A stretch of 64,000 bases of DNA from Poseidonia sp. (GTDB lineage Archaea > Thermoplasmatota > Poseidoniia > Poseidoniales > Poseidoniaceae). Both the position numbers and the translations under genes were made by a program. Where the stretch lies: positions 4,995-68,994 of the forward strand of contig JBMZXF010000002.1 in the NCBI GenBank assembly GCA_049627345.1. Direction: 5' to 3'. This document shows, piece after piece, positions 36,990 to 45,582 of the stretch. The notes under the pieces were generated by a model. That model worked only from the letters and a program-made list of their open reading frames with translations. It was not told where the DNA came from and made no database searches. The first letter of the stretch is position 1; each line of letters starts with the position of its first letter.

Positions 36990-39201
36990 ATCCTTGGAGG
37001 CCAACGGACTTCTCGGTGAAGCAGCGTTTCGCTTTGGCGCCCCGGACCGCGTCCTCTTGGTTTCGGGTGGCCCCGTGTCACATCTTGCTCGCTGGTCGCT
37101 CATCGCTGCGCCCGCAACAAAACGAGTCGTGGTGCGTCAACCCGCCCGTTCCGAAACCCCAGCCGCTGAACCTCATCACCCGTTGGAAGGCGATGTTCGC
37201 TTGGTCGACGACCGCCCCCTGCTGCGGGCTGACGTTGAGGAATGGAAGCACGGTTCATGGTACCACAGCGTAACCTTGCGCGCGGGTGGTCTGGGCGACC
37301 TCTTCAACAAACTTGGAGGCATCACCGCTCAAGACCCGTTTGAACGAACCCACGGCGTCCAACTTCCTCACCGACCCTTCTGGTCGGGAGCCTTGGCCTA
37401 CGACCTCGTTCAGTGGACTCAGCCACTGCGGCTTCAACATCCTCCGGAGGAAGGGGCCATCCTCGCCGTTCTTTGGTGCGTGGAAAATGGTGTGGTCGTG
37501 GACCATGCCAGCGGCGTCACCGCCGTGTTTGGCAGCGACGGTGCATGGTGCGACGATGCATCAAACCTTGAGCTGCAGGAAAACACCAGCGTTCGCGTTC
37601 CTGCGCCAACCCCCCACCGAGAAGCGGTCACGCACACCGACGAGACGCATGCGGACAACGTGGAGGCCGTCCGTGAAGGCATCGTGGACGGACAGGTCTA
37701 CCAGGTCAACATTGGCAAACACTGGCAGGGCGAAATCGACCACCCCTACGCCGTTTTTCAGCGCTTGATGCGGGACAACCCTGCACCGTTCTCTGCCTAC
37801 GTCCATGCTCAGGACCTCGGCCTGGCGCTGGCAAGTTCGTCTCCAGAATCCTTGCTCGTGGTACGGGACGGTACCCTGCAGACCTCTCCGATCAAAGGCA
37901 CCTGCCCGCAGGGGAGCACCCGAGAGGAAGCCTCCAACTTCAGAGAAGCCATGATCAACGACCAGAAAGAGCGGGCCGAACATCGAATGTTGGTGGACCT
38001 GATGCGCAACGACCTCACACAGGTGGCCGAACCAGGCAGCATCAACGTGGAGCGTTTTGACGTCGAATCCTACGCCAACGTTCAGCACCTCGTGAGCCAC
38101 ATCACAGCCGCCCTCAAACCGACCCTTGGAGGGGCTGAAGCGCTGGACGCTGTCTTCCCTGGCGGTTCCATCACGGGCTGCCCGCGGACGGTGGTCTGCG
38201 CTGTCATCGATGAACTGGAGCAGTGGCCTCGTTCCTTCTGGACCGGGTCCATCGGCTACATCGACGTGCACGGTGGTCAAAGCGCGTGGAACATCCTCAT
38301 TCGAACCCTTGAAGCCCATCGCGTGGGCGGCCGATGGCAAGCAACGGTCGGGGCCGGAGGCGGCATCACCATCGCCTCGGAGGCCAAAAAAGAGGTTGAA
38401 GAGGCGGCTTGGAAAGGGGCGGCGCTCCGCATAGCAGCGGGTTGGATGCGCAGGGAACACACGGCATTGCCAAGTGGAACCCTCGGGATTCATCCGCTTC
38501 AGCCTCCAGGCCAAGCAACAGGTGGTGTTTCTTGTGGCCAAATCTTGGAACTGGAACAGCAGGGGGATGAGGTGCCAACCGGCGGCGTCCTGTTCATTGA
38601 CAACCTCGATTCATTTTCCCTCAACATCGCTGACGCTGTGGCCCAAACCGGCCGAGACGTCGTCGTCGTCAAGGGACGAGCGCCGCAGAACGAGCGTTGG
38701 TTGGACCCCGTGGCGCTGCACGACCTGCTCGACCGCTTGGAGCCGAGTCACCTCATCCTCGGTCCTGGTCCCGGTCGCCCCGATGATGCGGTCCTGACGA
38801 TGGCGCTGGCTCACCACGCCCTCGCAGGGCAGTTGCCGATGCCGGTCCTCGGTGTGTGCCTGGGCCATCAAGCGTTGGCGCTGGCCGATGGACGGCAGGT
38901 CAACCCCTCGCCGTTTGGCCCGGTTCACGGCGTACCCGTGGACATTGAACACGACGGGACGGGGGTCTTTCCTGCCCAGCCTGGGTCATTGAAACTGACG
39001 CGCTACAACTCGTTGGTCGCCGTGGAAAACGGCGAACATACCTTGCTGGTCAACGCCACCGAAAGCACCTCAGGTCTCATCATGGGGCTGCGCCATCCAA
39101 CGCTTCCCGTTCACGGCGTGCAGTTCCATCCCGAGTCCATTGGTTCTCGCGACGGTCAACAACTCATCCACCAATTTCTTTCCAGTCAAGCGGATGGTTG
39201 A
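36946..39201 (+). CDS. pabB: Aminodeoxychorismate synthase, component I fused to a C-terminal glutamine amidotransferase (PabB-PabA)
   Basis: Chorismate-binding core: SSPESLLVVRDGTLQTSPIKGT, AEHRMLVDLMRNDL, FPGGSITGCPR, GAGGGIT. The PIKGT lysine is the PabB-type residue (anthranilate synthase TrpE has PIAGT). The C-terminal class I GATase has VLFIDNLDSFS, GVCLGHQAL, GVQFHPES. The start is the ATG at 36946 (GGAG 10 nt upstream) or 36961; the track start at 36799 is inside pabC. Confidence 0.85.
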   Translation: MWGRTMSQRVMAIVESLEANGLLGEAAFRFGAPDRVLLVSGGPVSHLARWSLIAAPATKRVVVRQPARSETPAAEPHHPLEGDVRLVDDRPLLRADVEEWKHGSWYHSVTLRAGGLGDLFNKLGGITAQDPFERTHGVQLPHRPFWSGALAYDLVQWTQPLRLQHPPEEGAILAVLWCVENGVVVDHASGVTAVFGSDGAWCDDASNLELQENTSVRVPAPTPHREAVTHTDETHADNVEAVREGIVDGQVYQVNIGKHWQGEIDHPYAVFQRLMRDNPAPFSAYVHAQDLGLALASSSPESLLVVRDGTLQTSPIKGTCPQGSTREEASNFREAMINDQKERAEHRMLVDLMRNDLTQVAEPGSINVERFDVESYANVQHLVSHITAALKPTLGGAEALDAVFPGGSITGCPRTVVCAVIDELEQWPRSFWTGSIGYIDVHGGQSAWNILIRTLEAHRVGGRWQATVGAGGGITIASEAKKEVEEAAWKGAALRIAAGWMRREHTALPSGTLGIHPLQPPGQATGGVSCGQILELEQQGDEVPTGGVLFIDNLDSFSLNIADAVAQTGRDVVVVKGRAPQNERWLDPVALHDLLDRLEPSHLILGPGPGRPDDAVLTMALAHHALAGQLPMPVLGVCLGHQALALADGRQVNPSPFGPVHGVPVDIEHDGTGVFPAQPGSLKLTRYNSLVAVENGEHTLLVNATESTSGLIMGLRHPTLPVHGVQFHPESIGSRDGQQLIHQFLSSQADG

Positions 39202-39237
39202 AGAATCCCGTGCCGTTGGGTCAAACGGGAGACCACC

Positions 39238-39624
39238 ATGCCAACCTGTCGCCACTGCGGTAGCACCTATCCTCGTGAGTTCTTTATCCACGGCAATGGA
39301 CCAAATACGCAGGTCTGCGTGCGCTGCGGCGTTGACCACGGACTGGTCACGAAGGACGAAGTTCCCGTGCTCTTTGAGAAGAACACCTCAAGTGCGCGGT
39401 TCTCTGCCGTTGCTCGACGTTACAGCGTCTTCCTCTACCTCCCCTTCCTCTGGGTGTTGTGGGGAGCCACCCTGTCCGACGTTGAACCGTGGGGCTTGTT
39501 TTTCCTCATTTTGCTGATCTTGCTGACCCTCGCTGCACCGGTCCTCTTCATCTATCGAGGCGGCCAATATTCGGGTGATATGGCTCGCTTAACGCCGGCC
39601 TACGACCGCCCCAAGGGCCACTGA
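39238..39624 (+). CDS. Zinc-ribbon membrane protein
   Basis: 128 aa. The N-terminal C-x2-C ... C-x2-C motif (MPTCRHCGS...VCVRCG) is followed by two TM helices (VFLYLPFLWVLWGA, LFFLILLILLTLAAPVLFI). Confidence 0.55.
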   Translation: MPTCRHCGSTYPREFFIHGNGPNTQVCVRCGVDHGLVTKDEVPVLFEKNTSSARFSAVARRYSVFLYLPFLWVLWGATLSDVEPWGLFFLILLILLTLAAPVLFIYRGGQYSGDMARLTPAYDRPKGH

Positions 39625-39626
39625 AC

Positions 39627-40931
39627 TCACGACTTGGCGTGAATCTTCAGCACGTCGCCATCGCTCAATTCATGGTCGGCGCCGACCACGCGTCGTGTGC
39701 GTCCGTCAACGCCGCGGATGAACCCTGCTTCCAGATCGGTGTGAACGCGTCCAGCCAGCGCTTTCGCATGAAGCCCAGACGGGACCACAAACGCATCAGG
39801 TAGGACCCGTCCGTCGCCGTCGACCCAGTGCGATTCGTCTTGCACGGGATAGACCACGATGTGGTCGAGTTGGTCGAAGAGCACCTCATCCATGAGGCGA
39901 GCGAGGCCCGTGCCACCAGCCTGTTCGAGCCGCTGGTTCATGTGTGAGAGCGCCTTTTGCTGTGCCTCGTTGAGGGAAGCGCCAGGATGAACCGTGAAGG
40001 AGGATTGCCCGCTTTGGTAGTCGATGAGACCCGAAGAAGCAGCCCTTCGAAGCGCCAATTCCATGTCGGCCATGCAGGCCACCATCGTTCGGTCGGCAAA
40101 GGCATCCAGCACGCCCGACGGAGCGATGTCCATCTTGTTGGCGGCGTAGACGATGGGGAACAACTGCTTGCGCATGCACTCGCCCAAGAGATGGAGCGAG
40201 CCTGCATCCCAATCCCAGGGTTGAGCCTCGGAGGTGTGACGCTGGTTGAATTCAAACATCGCTTGTGCCACCTTGACGGGCGTGGCGCCCAGGCCGCTGA
40301 GGCGTTCATGAACGAACGACGTCAACCCCTTCTCGCCTTCGGCCTGCACCCGGCGCACCCCTCGGTTCCAACCGTCTTCCAGCAAGCCGCCGATCCAGGC
40401 ATCCAATTCGTGTTCAAGGAACTCAATTTCTGCTCGAACGGACTTTACCGCCGTTTCGGTGTCGCTTGAAGCCCCGTTGAACTGGCCCTCAAGGTCCGTG
40501 GAGCCGGCGGCGTCAACGACCTGAATGAGCACGTCACAGTTGGCCAAATCCGCCAAGAAGGCGTTTCCACGGCCTCGGCCTTCGCTGGCGCCCGGGACAA
40601 GTCCGGCCACGTCGACCAGCGCCACGGGAACACTTCGGAGGTGGCCGACGCAGGAACCGGTCCTTGGCTCGCAAAGACTGCCTTGGCGCGGGTCGTCCTC
40701 ACCGGCAGGCTCGAGCCGCCCTTCGCCTTCCAGTTTCTCACGAAGGTCCCTGCACGGGCACGCCAACCGCGCCTCAACAAAGGCGACGCCGACGTTGGGG
40801 TCAATGGTACAGAAGGGGTAGTTGGCAATGTCTACTTGAGCCAGCGTGGCCGCACTGAAGAACGTCGATTTTCCCACGTTCGGTTTCCCAACGAGGCCGA
40901 TGCGCACCCTGAGCACGCCCTGCGGGTTCAC
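39627..40931 (-). CDS. Obg/YchF-like P-loop GTPase with a C-terminal TGS domain
   Basis: G1 GLVGKPNVGKST, G2/G3 context IANYPFCTIDPNVGV ... LVDVAGLV, and C-terminal TGS-like ...SDGDVLKIHAKS. The GTG start overlaps the stop of the upstream gene (GTGA at 40928-40931). Confidence 0.85.
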   Translation of the reverse strand: MNPQGVLRVRIGLVGKPNVGKSTFFSAATLAQVDIANYPFCTIDPNVGVAFVEARLACPCRDLREKLEGEGRLEPAGEDDPRQGSLCEPRTGSCVGHLRSVPVALVDVAGLVPGASEGRGRGNAFLADLANCDVLIQVVDAAGSTDLEGQFNGASSDTETAVKSVRAEIEFLEHELDAWIGGLLEDGWNRGVRRVQAEGEKGLTSFVHERLSGLGATPVKVAQAMFEFNQRHTSEAQPWDWDAGSLHLLGECMRKQLFPIVYAANKMDIAPSGVLDAFADRTMVACMADMELALRRAASSGLIDYQSGQSSFTVHPGASLNEAQQKALSHMNQRLEQAGGTGLARLMDEVLFDQLDHIVVYPVQDESHWVDGDGRVLPDAFVVPSGLHAKALAGRVHTDLEAGFIRGVDGRTRRVVGADHELSDGDVLKIHAKS

Positions 40932-42913
40932 TCCTCTTCTTGAGCCGCCACGATGTTGTGGTCTCGCTTGATCTGAGCGATGGCAATGTCAAGTTCAGGG
41001 AGGTTGAGTTCCCCGTCGCCGTCCAAATCCATGCTCTCGACCAGTTCAGCGGCTTCCATGGAAGACAGTGCTTCAACGTCTGAGGCTTCGAGGGCAGCCA
41101 GGAATTCTCGGCTGTCGATCTTCCCGGAATCGTCCAGGTCCATGTTTCGGAACAGCTCGAACACCGACTGGTTGGTGTTGGCCAGGTACTGAACAAATTC
41201 AACCATGACGGAGGAAGCGGTGGTAGGGAATTCCTTGACCTCGTCGTTGTGAAGTGCTGAATCGACAGCGATGACGGTTGAACCCCCTTCGTTGGCTTCG
41301 GTCTCACTGACCACCAGGGTGGTGTCGACGCCCACACCTCGGCCGATAAGGTCCCGAATGGTGGTCGAAGAGCCGGAGGTCAGCGTGTAGGTGGCCACAT
41401 CAGAAACGTCGTTGACTTCGATGGAGCGGCCCGTGGAAGCAATCCCCGTACGAATGACGACCATGGTGGACAGGATGGCACCGATGGCGGCCAGGTAGAA
41501 CAGGGCTGCACCGGTGAGGTAGAAGCCACCGTTGTTGGCAACGACGTCTTCAATCTCTGAAGCAGCGACGGCGTTGGCGGTGAATTCACCGGTCAGGTAG
41601 GTGAGCGTCGAAGCCACGCCACCGACGAAGACCAACCAGGTGGCCAAAGTGGCCGTGGACGGCGTAGCGAGGGACTTGCCGATGGCGTTCGGATAGTTCG
41701 TGAAGGCACCCGCCAAAACCAGAAGACCACCCACGGTGAACAGCATGCTCATGTTGACGATGTCGCCCATGGTGCCGAGTTCACCCGTACCAACGAACGT
41801 GTCCATGGCGGTGAAGTAGCCACCGATGGCGAAGAAGGGCAGAGCGATGAACGCCATGCTCGCGGCGACGGCCCCCGGTTGCTTGACCACGGCGCTGAGA
41901 CCGGAGCTGGCGGTCATGAGCAGGTTGATCGAGGCGGCGAAAATGGGCAAGACGCCCAGCGTCAACAGAATGGCACCGAGGTTGGTGACAAAGTTGCTGG
42001 CCGATGCATCGGTCATGAAGAACGGTGGGATGGTGATGAACAAGAGCAACATGCTGGCACCGCGGAGGGAGCCGGACCAAATCGGTTGCTTGGCCGCCAT
42101 CGGAATCACGTGGTAGCCCACCGAGAACATGAGCGCCAACGGCACCCAGCCGTAGGCCACACGCTCGGCCAGCCACACCATTTGGGTCGCATCGGCCAGT
42201 TCGCCGAAGAACATGGAGAGCATGGAGAGGATGTAAGCGGCGATGGCCATGATGAGGAACCACACGCTCGTTTGGAGTTCTTGCTCGCCTCGGTTCGCAG
42301 CCGTGATGAGGATGTTGATGAACACCGGAACCAGCAACAGGCCAACAGCGAGGGTCTCCAAACTGTAGAGGACCGTGCGAATCGGGTTTTCGGAGGTGTC
42401 GATGTCGAGGAAGCCGAAGATGAACGGCAGGATGTAGGTGGCGAGGAGCACGACCGACAGAAGCAGAGCGACCATGGAAGCGTTGGCTTCACTGGCCAAG
42501 CGACCGTTGCCGTTTCGTGCAGCAGCGACCATGCCACTGCCCACCAACCCGTACAGCAGGGCGATGGAGAGGAAGTTCAGCGTTGCATCCTTGAGCGAAG
42601 AGCCGTCATCGTAGGACCAACCCACGCTGGCCAGCGAATCAAGCGCCGTCGGGTCGTAGGTGTGCCAGCCCATCAGGAAGCCAAGAAGCGTGGCGAACAC
42701 CAGCCAGAGCATGCCAAAGTTCATCCATGTTCGGGAACCACTGCCGTCCTTGTCGTCAAAGATGTCGACGAGACCGGGTGGGTTCTTCTGGAGGATGAAC
42801 AAGCCGATTTGCTTGAGGGCCCCGCCAACGGTTCCGACGCCTTTGGAGAGGGATTGGGCAAGAAGGAAGAGAAGCGCAAGAAGGGCGCCACCTGCAATGA
42901 AAATGAGTTCCAT
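40928..42913 (-). CDS. Polytopic (~13 TM) membrane protein with a C-terminal EF-hand pair
   Basis: 661 aa with ~13 hydrophobic segments by eye over the first ~500 aa. A soluble tail follows, ending in two canonical 12-residue EF-hand loops. I could not assign the membrane domain to a family. Confidence 0.7.
   Translation of the reverse strand: MELIFIAGGALLALLFLLAQSLSKGVGTVGGALKQIGLFILQKNPPGLVDIFDDKDGSGSRTWMNFGMLWLVFATLLGFLMGWHTYDPTALDSLASVGWSYDDGSSLKDATLNFLSIALLYGLVGSGMVAAARNGNGRLASEANASMVALLLSVVLLATYILPFIFGFLDIDTSENPIRTVLYSLETLAVGLLLVPVFINILITAANRGEQELQTSVWFLIMAIAAYILSMLSMFFGELADATQMVWLAERVAYGWVPLALMFSVGYHVIPMAAKQPIWSGSLRGASMLLLFITIPPFFMTDASASNFVTNLGAILLTLGVLPIFAASINLLMTASSGLSAVVKQPGAVAASMAFIALPFFAIGGYFTAMDTFVGTGELGTMGDIVNMSMLFTVGGLLVLAGAFTNYPNAIGKSLATPSTATLATWLVFVGGVASTLTYLTGEFTANAVAASEIEDVVANNGGFYLTGAALFYLAAIGAILSTMVVIRTGIASTGRSIEVNDVSDVATYTLTSGSSTTIRDLIGRGVGVDTTLVVSETEANEGGSTVIAVDSALHNDEVKEFPTTASSVMVEFVQYLANTNQSVFELFRNMDLDDSGKIDSREFLAALEASDVEALSSMEAAELVESMDLDGDGELNLPELDIAIAQIKRDHNIVAAQEEE
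40994..41140 (-). other. Two canonical EF-hand Ca2+-binding loops
   Basis: DLDDSGKIDSRE (41105-41140) and DLDGDGELNLPE (40994-41029). Both fit D-x-(D/N)-x-(D/S)-G-x-(I/L)-x-x-x-E, are flanked by helix-like sequence and lie 25 aa apart, as in a paired EF-hand domain. Confidence 0.75.
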
Positions 42914-42927
42914 GCATCACACCTCCT

Positions 42928-43200
42928 TCACTCGGCGAGGACCTCACCCACCAAGGTTGCCACGATGGCACCGATCCCGATCAAGAAGCCGATGAGGTAG
43001 TACCAGATGCCGCTGCCGCCCAGGTTTTGAACCAAGGGCACGAGTTCGCCAAGTAGCGGAAGGTTGTCCCAACCGAAGACGTTTGAAAACAAGGAATAGA
43101 GGCCGAGCATCCCGACAAAGAACAGGGTCAGGACGATGCGACTGGCTGCGGGTTCTCCCGTTCCGACCGTCGTGTCGGGAAGGGCTCTGGAGTTCGTCAT
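42928..43200 (-). CDS. Small 2-TM membrane protein
   Basis: From the ATG at 43200: MTNSRALPDTTVGTGEPAASRIVLTLFFVGMLGLYSLF ... IWYYLIGFLIGIGAIVATLVG. GAGGTGA lies 6 nt upstream, a strong match to the anti-Shine-Dalgarno complement. The track uses a GTG at 43209. It lies 14 nt upstream of the EF-hand membrane protein gene. Confidence 0.55.
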   Translation of the reverse strand: MTNSRALPDTTVGTGEPAASRIVLTLFFVGMLGLYSLFSNVFGWDNLPLLGELVPLVQNLGGSGIWYYLIGFLIGIGAIVATLVGEVLAE

Positions 43201-43215
43201 ACGGTTCACCTCAAC

Positions 43216-43234
43216 TTGACCCCATAGGGGTCAA
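43216..43234. promoter_or_regulatory. Perfect 8+3+8 palindrome TTGACCCC-ATA-GGGGTCAA upstream of the small-TM / EF-hand membrane protein / GTPase gene string
   Basis: Read directly from the sequence. It lies 3 nt upstream of the GAGGTGA Shine-Dalgarno-like element (43206-43212) and 15 nt upstream of the ATG at 43200 on the minus strand. Confidence 0.45.
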
Positions 43235-43305
43235 TCCTGCGACGAAACATCCGGTGATAAACATTGACCACTTTGACCACGGAATCTTGTCGTGCAGGCC
43301 CTCGC

Positions 43306-44481
43306 TTAGGGGGAGCGCAGACGGTGGACGGGCGAACCACGGCGGGGCTTTGACAACCCGAGGGGAACGGGAAGTTGGCGTTCCAACTCCACCTCAGCCT
43401 GCCAAACCGTTTCGCAGGCGCATGAAAGCCCTTCAAATTCCAACAGACTCCCCGAAACCGCATAGCGCTCAATCGCTGCAACGACCTCAGGGTCGCACTC
43501 GCCGCAGTTGTGGGAACCGCGGATTTTTCCTCCAGCCGTCGGGTGAACGATGAGGCGGGCCACCTGGTCTGCATCACCGTTGATGCCCCCTTCCGGGTGA
43601 ATCAGCGGGTGGGCTCGTCGAATCATGTCGACCAGCGACCACAACCACGGAGGGCGATACTCGTTGTGACGGTGGAGTCGGTCGATGACCGTCCCTCGCT
43701 GGATGTTCATCGGGTTGACCGAGATCTCATCGGAGTGTTCGGCCACCGCTCCAATCCATTCGACGCAATGGTCGAGCGCATCGGCTTCGTTCATGAACGG
43801 AGGCTTGAACATCAGGTAGGTTTTGATGCGAAGGTTGAATTTTTTCAAGTTCTCAACGGCCCGGTCCCACGATTTGGTGGTGAACCCTTTGTTGACGTGG
43901 AACCGCAGGACCTCGTCGTCGTAGGCCTCCAGTCCAATCGCCACGGTGAAGTCCGGGTTGATGGACGTCGCCCACGCCAGTTTCTCCTCGGTGAGTTGTT
44001 CACAACGGCTCTCAACAATGAGTTCCTTGTTCATGTCAGCGCAATCCCGAAGCACGGTTTCTTGGAATTCGACGGGGATTTCCCTGTCCTCCAACAGGCT
44101 CCCTGAGGTGTAGACCTTGACCATCGCTTGGTCCTTGAAATCCTCAAACTTGGCCTTGGCCGCCGCCCATTGAGCATGCAGATCCTCGTTGGTCACATCG
44201 TCCCGTGTGTCGTTGAAGTAGCCGCAGAACGTGCACCCGGACGACCACCACCAGTGGCAACCCTTGGTCCGCAGAATGACGGTGACGGCGCTGCACGGGG
44301 TTCCATCGGCCAACACCTCGGGGGTGGTGTAGACCGTGGCGGGTTCACTCGCGTCCCAGGATTGTTGCTTGGCTTTGGCCCAAGGCGTGTTGGCAGGCGC
44401 CTTGACCAAGTCGTGGATGCGAAGGCCTTTCTGCCCGCTTCCAAGCAACGGCAAAGGATTGGGGCTCGCCATGTCGTCCAC
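43306..44481 (-). CDS. Radical SAM protein, archaeosine-biosynthesis RaSEA-like (TIGR01210-type)
   Basis: The Cys motif RTKGCHWWWSSGCTFCGY, with two further Cys at C-x2-C spacing, is followed by a TIM-barrel-like region (VYTSGSLLED, VESRCE, IGLEAYDD). This matches my recollection of the RaSEA/TIGR01210 family, not the canonical CxxxCxxC spacing. Confidence 0.55.
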   Translation of the reverse strand: MDDMASPNPLPLLGSGQKGLRIHDLVKAPANTPWAKAKQQSWDASEPATVYTTPEVLADGTPCSAVTVILRTKGCHWWWSSGCTFCGYFNDTRDDVTNEDLHAQWAAAKAKFEDFKDQAMVKVYTSGSLLEDREIPVEFQETVLRDCADMNKELIVESRCEQLTEEKLAWATSINPDFTVAIGLEAYDDEVLRFHVNKGFTTKSWDRAVENLKKFNLRIKTYLMFKPPFMNEADALDHCVEWIGAVAEHSDEISVNPMNIQRGTVIDRLHRHNEYRPPWLWSLVDMIRRAHPLIHPEGGINGDADQVARLIVHPTAGGKIRGSHNCGECDPEVVAAIERYAVSGSLLEFEGLSCACETVWQAEVELERQLPVPLGLSKPRRGSPVHRLRSP

Positions 44482-44508
44482 CGTAGAAGGCCCTCAGTGT
44501 CCCTCGTT

Positions 44509-45582
44509 TCAAACCACCGCATCCGGCTGACCGATGCTCTCCTCAAAAAACGACACCATTCGGTCTCGGTATTCATCGGGCTGCGTCAACATCAGCGTGA
44601 TGTGAGAAAGGATACCTTCCTGGTCGCGGTCGTTGTGGGCCACGCCGGAAGATTCGAACCAGCATTTGGCCGTACCGTTCTGCGAAACGCTGGCTTGCGC
44701 TGCTTCGCACATGGACTCACCGTGGTGGATGTTGATGCGAATGTCTTCGAGGGACTGGGTGATGTAAACCGAACGCTCACCCACGGCCTTCATGGCGTTG
44801 ATGGGTTCGTATTTCACGAGGTTATCGCCCGAAGAGACCTTGCCTGCGAAGATGGCGGCGTCGGTGAGGAACACGGGGAACCCAGCAAACTGGAGTTCCT
44901 CCTCAATGATGGTGCCCATGGAGGAAAACGGCGAGTCGAGGAACACGGATTGGAACTGCGGTTCCTGCTCAAAGGCGATGGCAAGGGTTCCCGCACCGAG
45001 GGAAATGCCCAGCGCGCCGATCCGCTCAGGCGGGACGTCCTTCTCGTCTTGGATCCACTGCCAGACCGCCAAGATGTCGCGATACTCACGCTGCCCAGCG
45101 GACACCAGACCGTCCTCAACCGTGCTGTCACCGTGGTCACGCATGTCAAAGAGCACGACGTTGAACCCGGCCTGATGGAGCCAAGCCGCTGGAATCAACA
45201 CCTCGTGGTTGGCCTTGCAGGAACGGATGCCGTGGACGAGGATGACCCAGGGCTGCGATGCGTTGTGTTCCATGACCCAACCGGTCAGCGTGATGGATTC
45301 TTCCGGCATCTCCACCGTGATGTTGTCCCATGCATCAAAGAACAGCGGTTCAAGGTTCGCAGCCAACGTCTCGTTCTTCTGATGGGTGACGACGCTCACG
45401 TCTTCGTGCCAGAGTTCCACGCTGAATTCGTCCGGTGAATTGCGTTCCGAATGACCCGAACACTCGAGGTTGCTCGCCGCTGCTTGGGTGTAGACGAGGT
45501 TGCCGGCCTGGTAGTAGACCACGGGCATGCTGGCGATCAGAAACAACAACACTGCAGGCACCGTTCTTCGCCAAGCGCTCAT
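44509..45582 (-). CDS. Membrane-anchored alpha/beta hydrolase
   Basis: N-terminal TM VPAVLLFLIASMPVVYY, HG oxyanion context VILVHGI, nucleophile elbow GISLGAG and a downstream acidic/His region. The ATG overlaps the psd stop (ATGA at 45579-45582). Confidence 0.75.
   Translation of the reverse strand: MSAWRRTVPAVLLFLIASMPVVYYQAGNLVYTQAAASNLECSGHSERNSPDEFSVELWHEDVSVVTHQKNETLAANLEPLFFDAWDNITVEMPEESITLTGWVMEHNASQPWVILVHGIRSCKANHEVLIPAAWLHQAGFNVVLFDMRDHGDSTVEDGLVSAGQREYRDILAVWQWIQDEKDVPPERIGALGISLGAGTLAIAFEQEPQFQSVFLDSPFSSMGTIIEEELQFAGFPVFLTDAAIFAGKVSSGDNLVKYEPINAMKAVGERSVYITQSLEDIRINIHHGESMCEAAQASVSQNGTAKCWFESSGVAHNDRDQEGILSHITLMLTQPDEYRDRMVSFFEESIGQPDAVV

Noticed and set aside
40928-42913. Possible heme-copper oxidase subunit I or NorB-like identity for the ~13-TM protein.
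   Set aside because: It has only a few histidines in the membrane domain, far short of the six metal and heme ligands those families require, and I found no matching signature motifs.
44641-44670. A GGTTCGAATC-like string (on the reverse complement) that resembles a tRNA T-arm.
   Set aside because: Flanking bases cannot form a T stem or acceptor stem, and it lies inside the alpha/beta hydrolase coding sequence.
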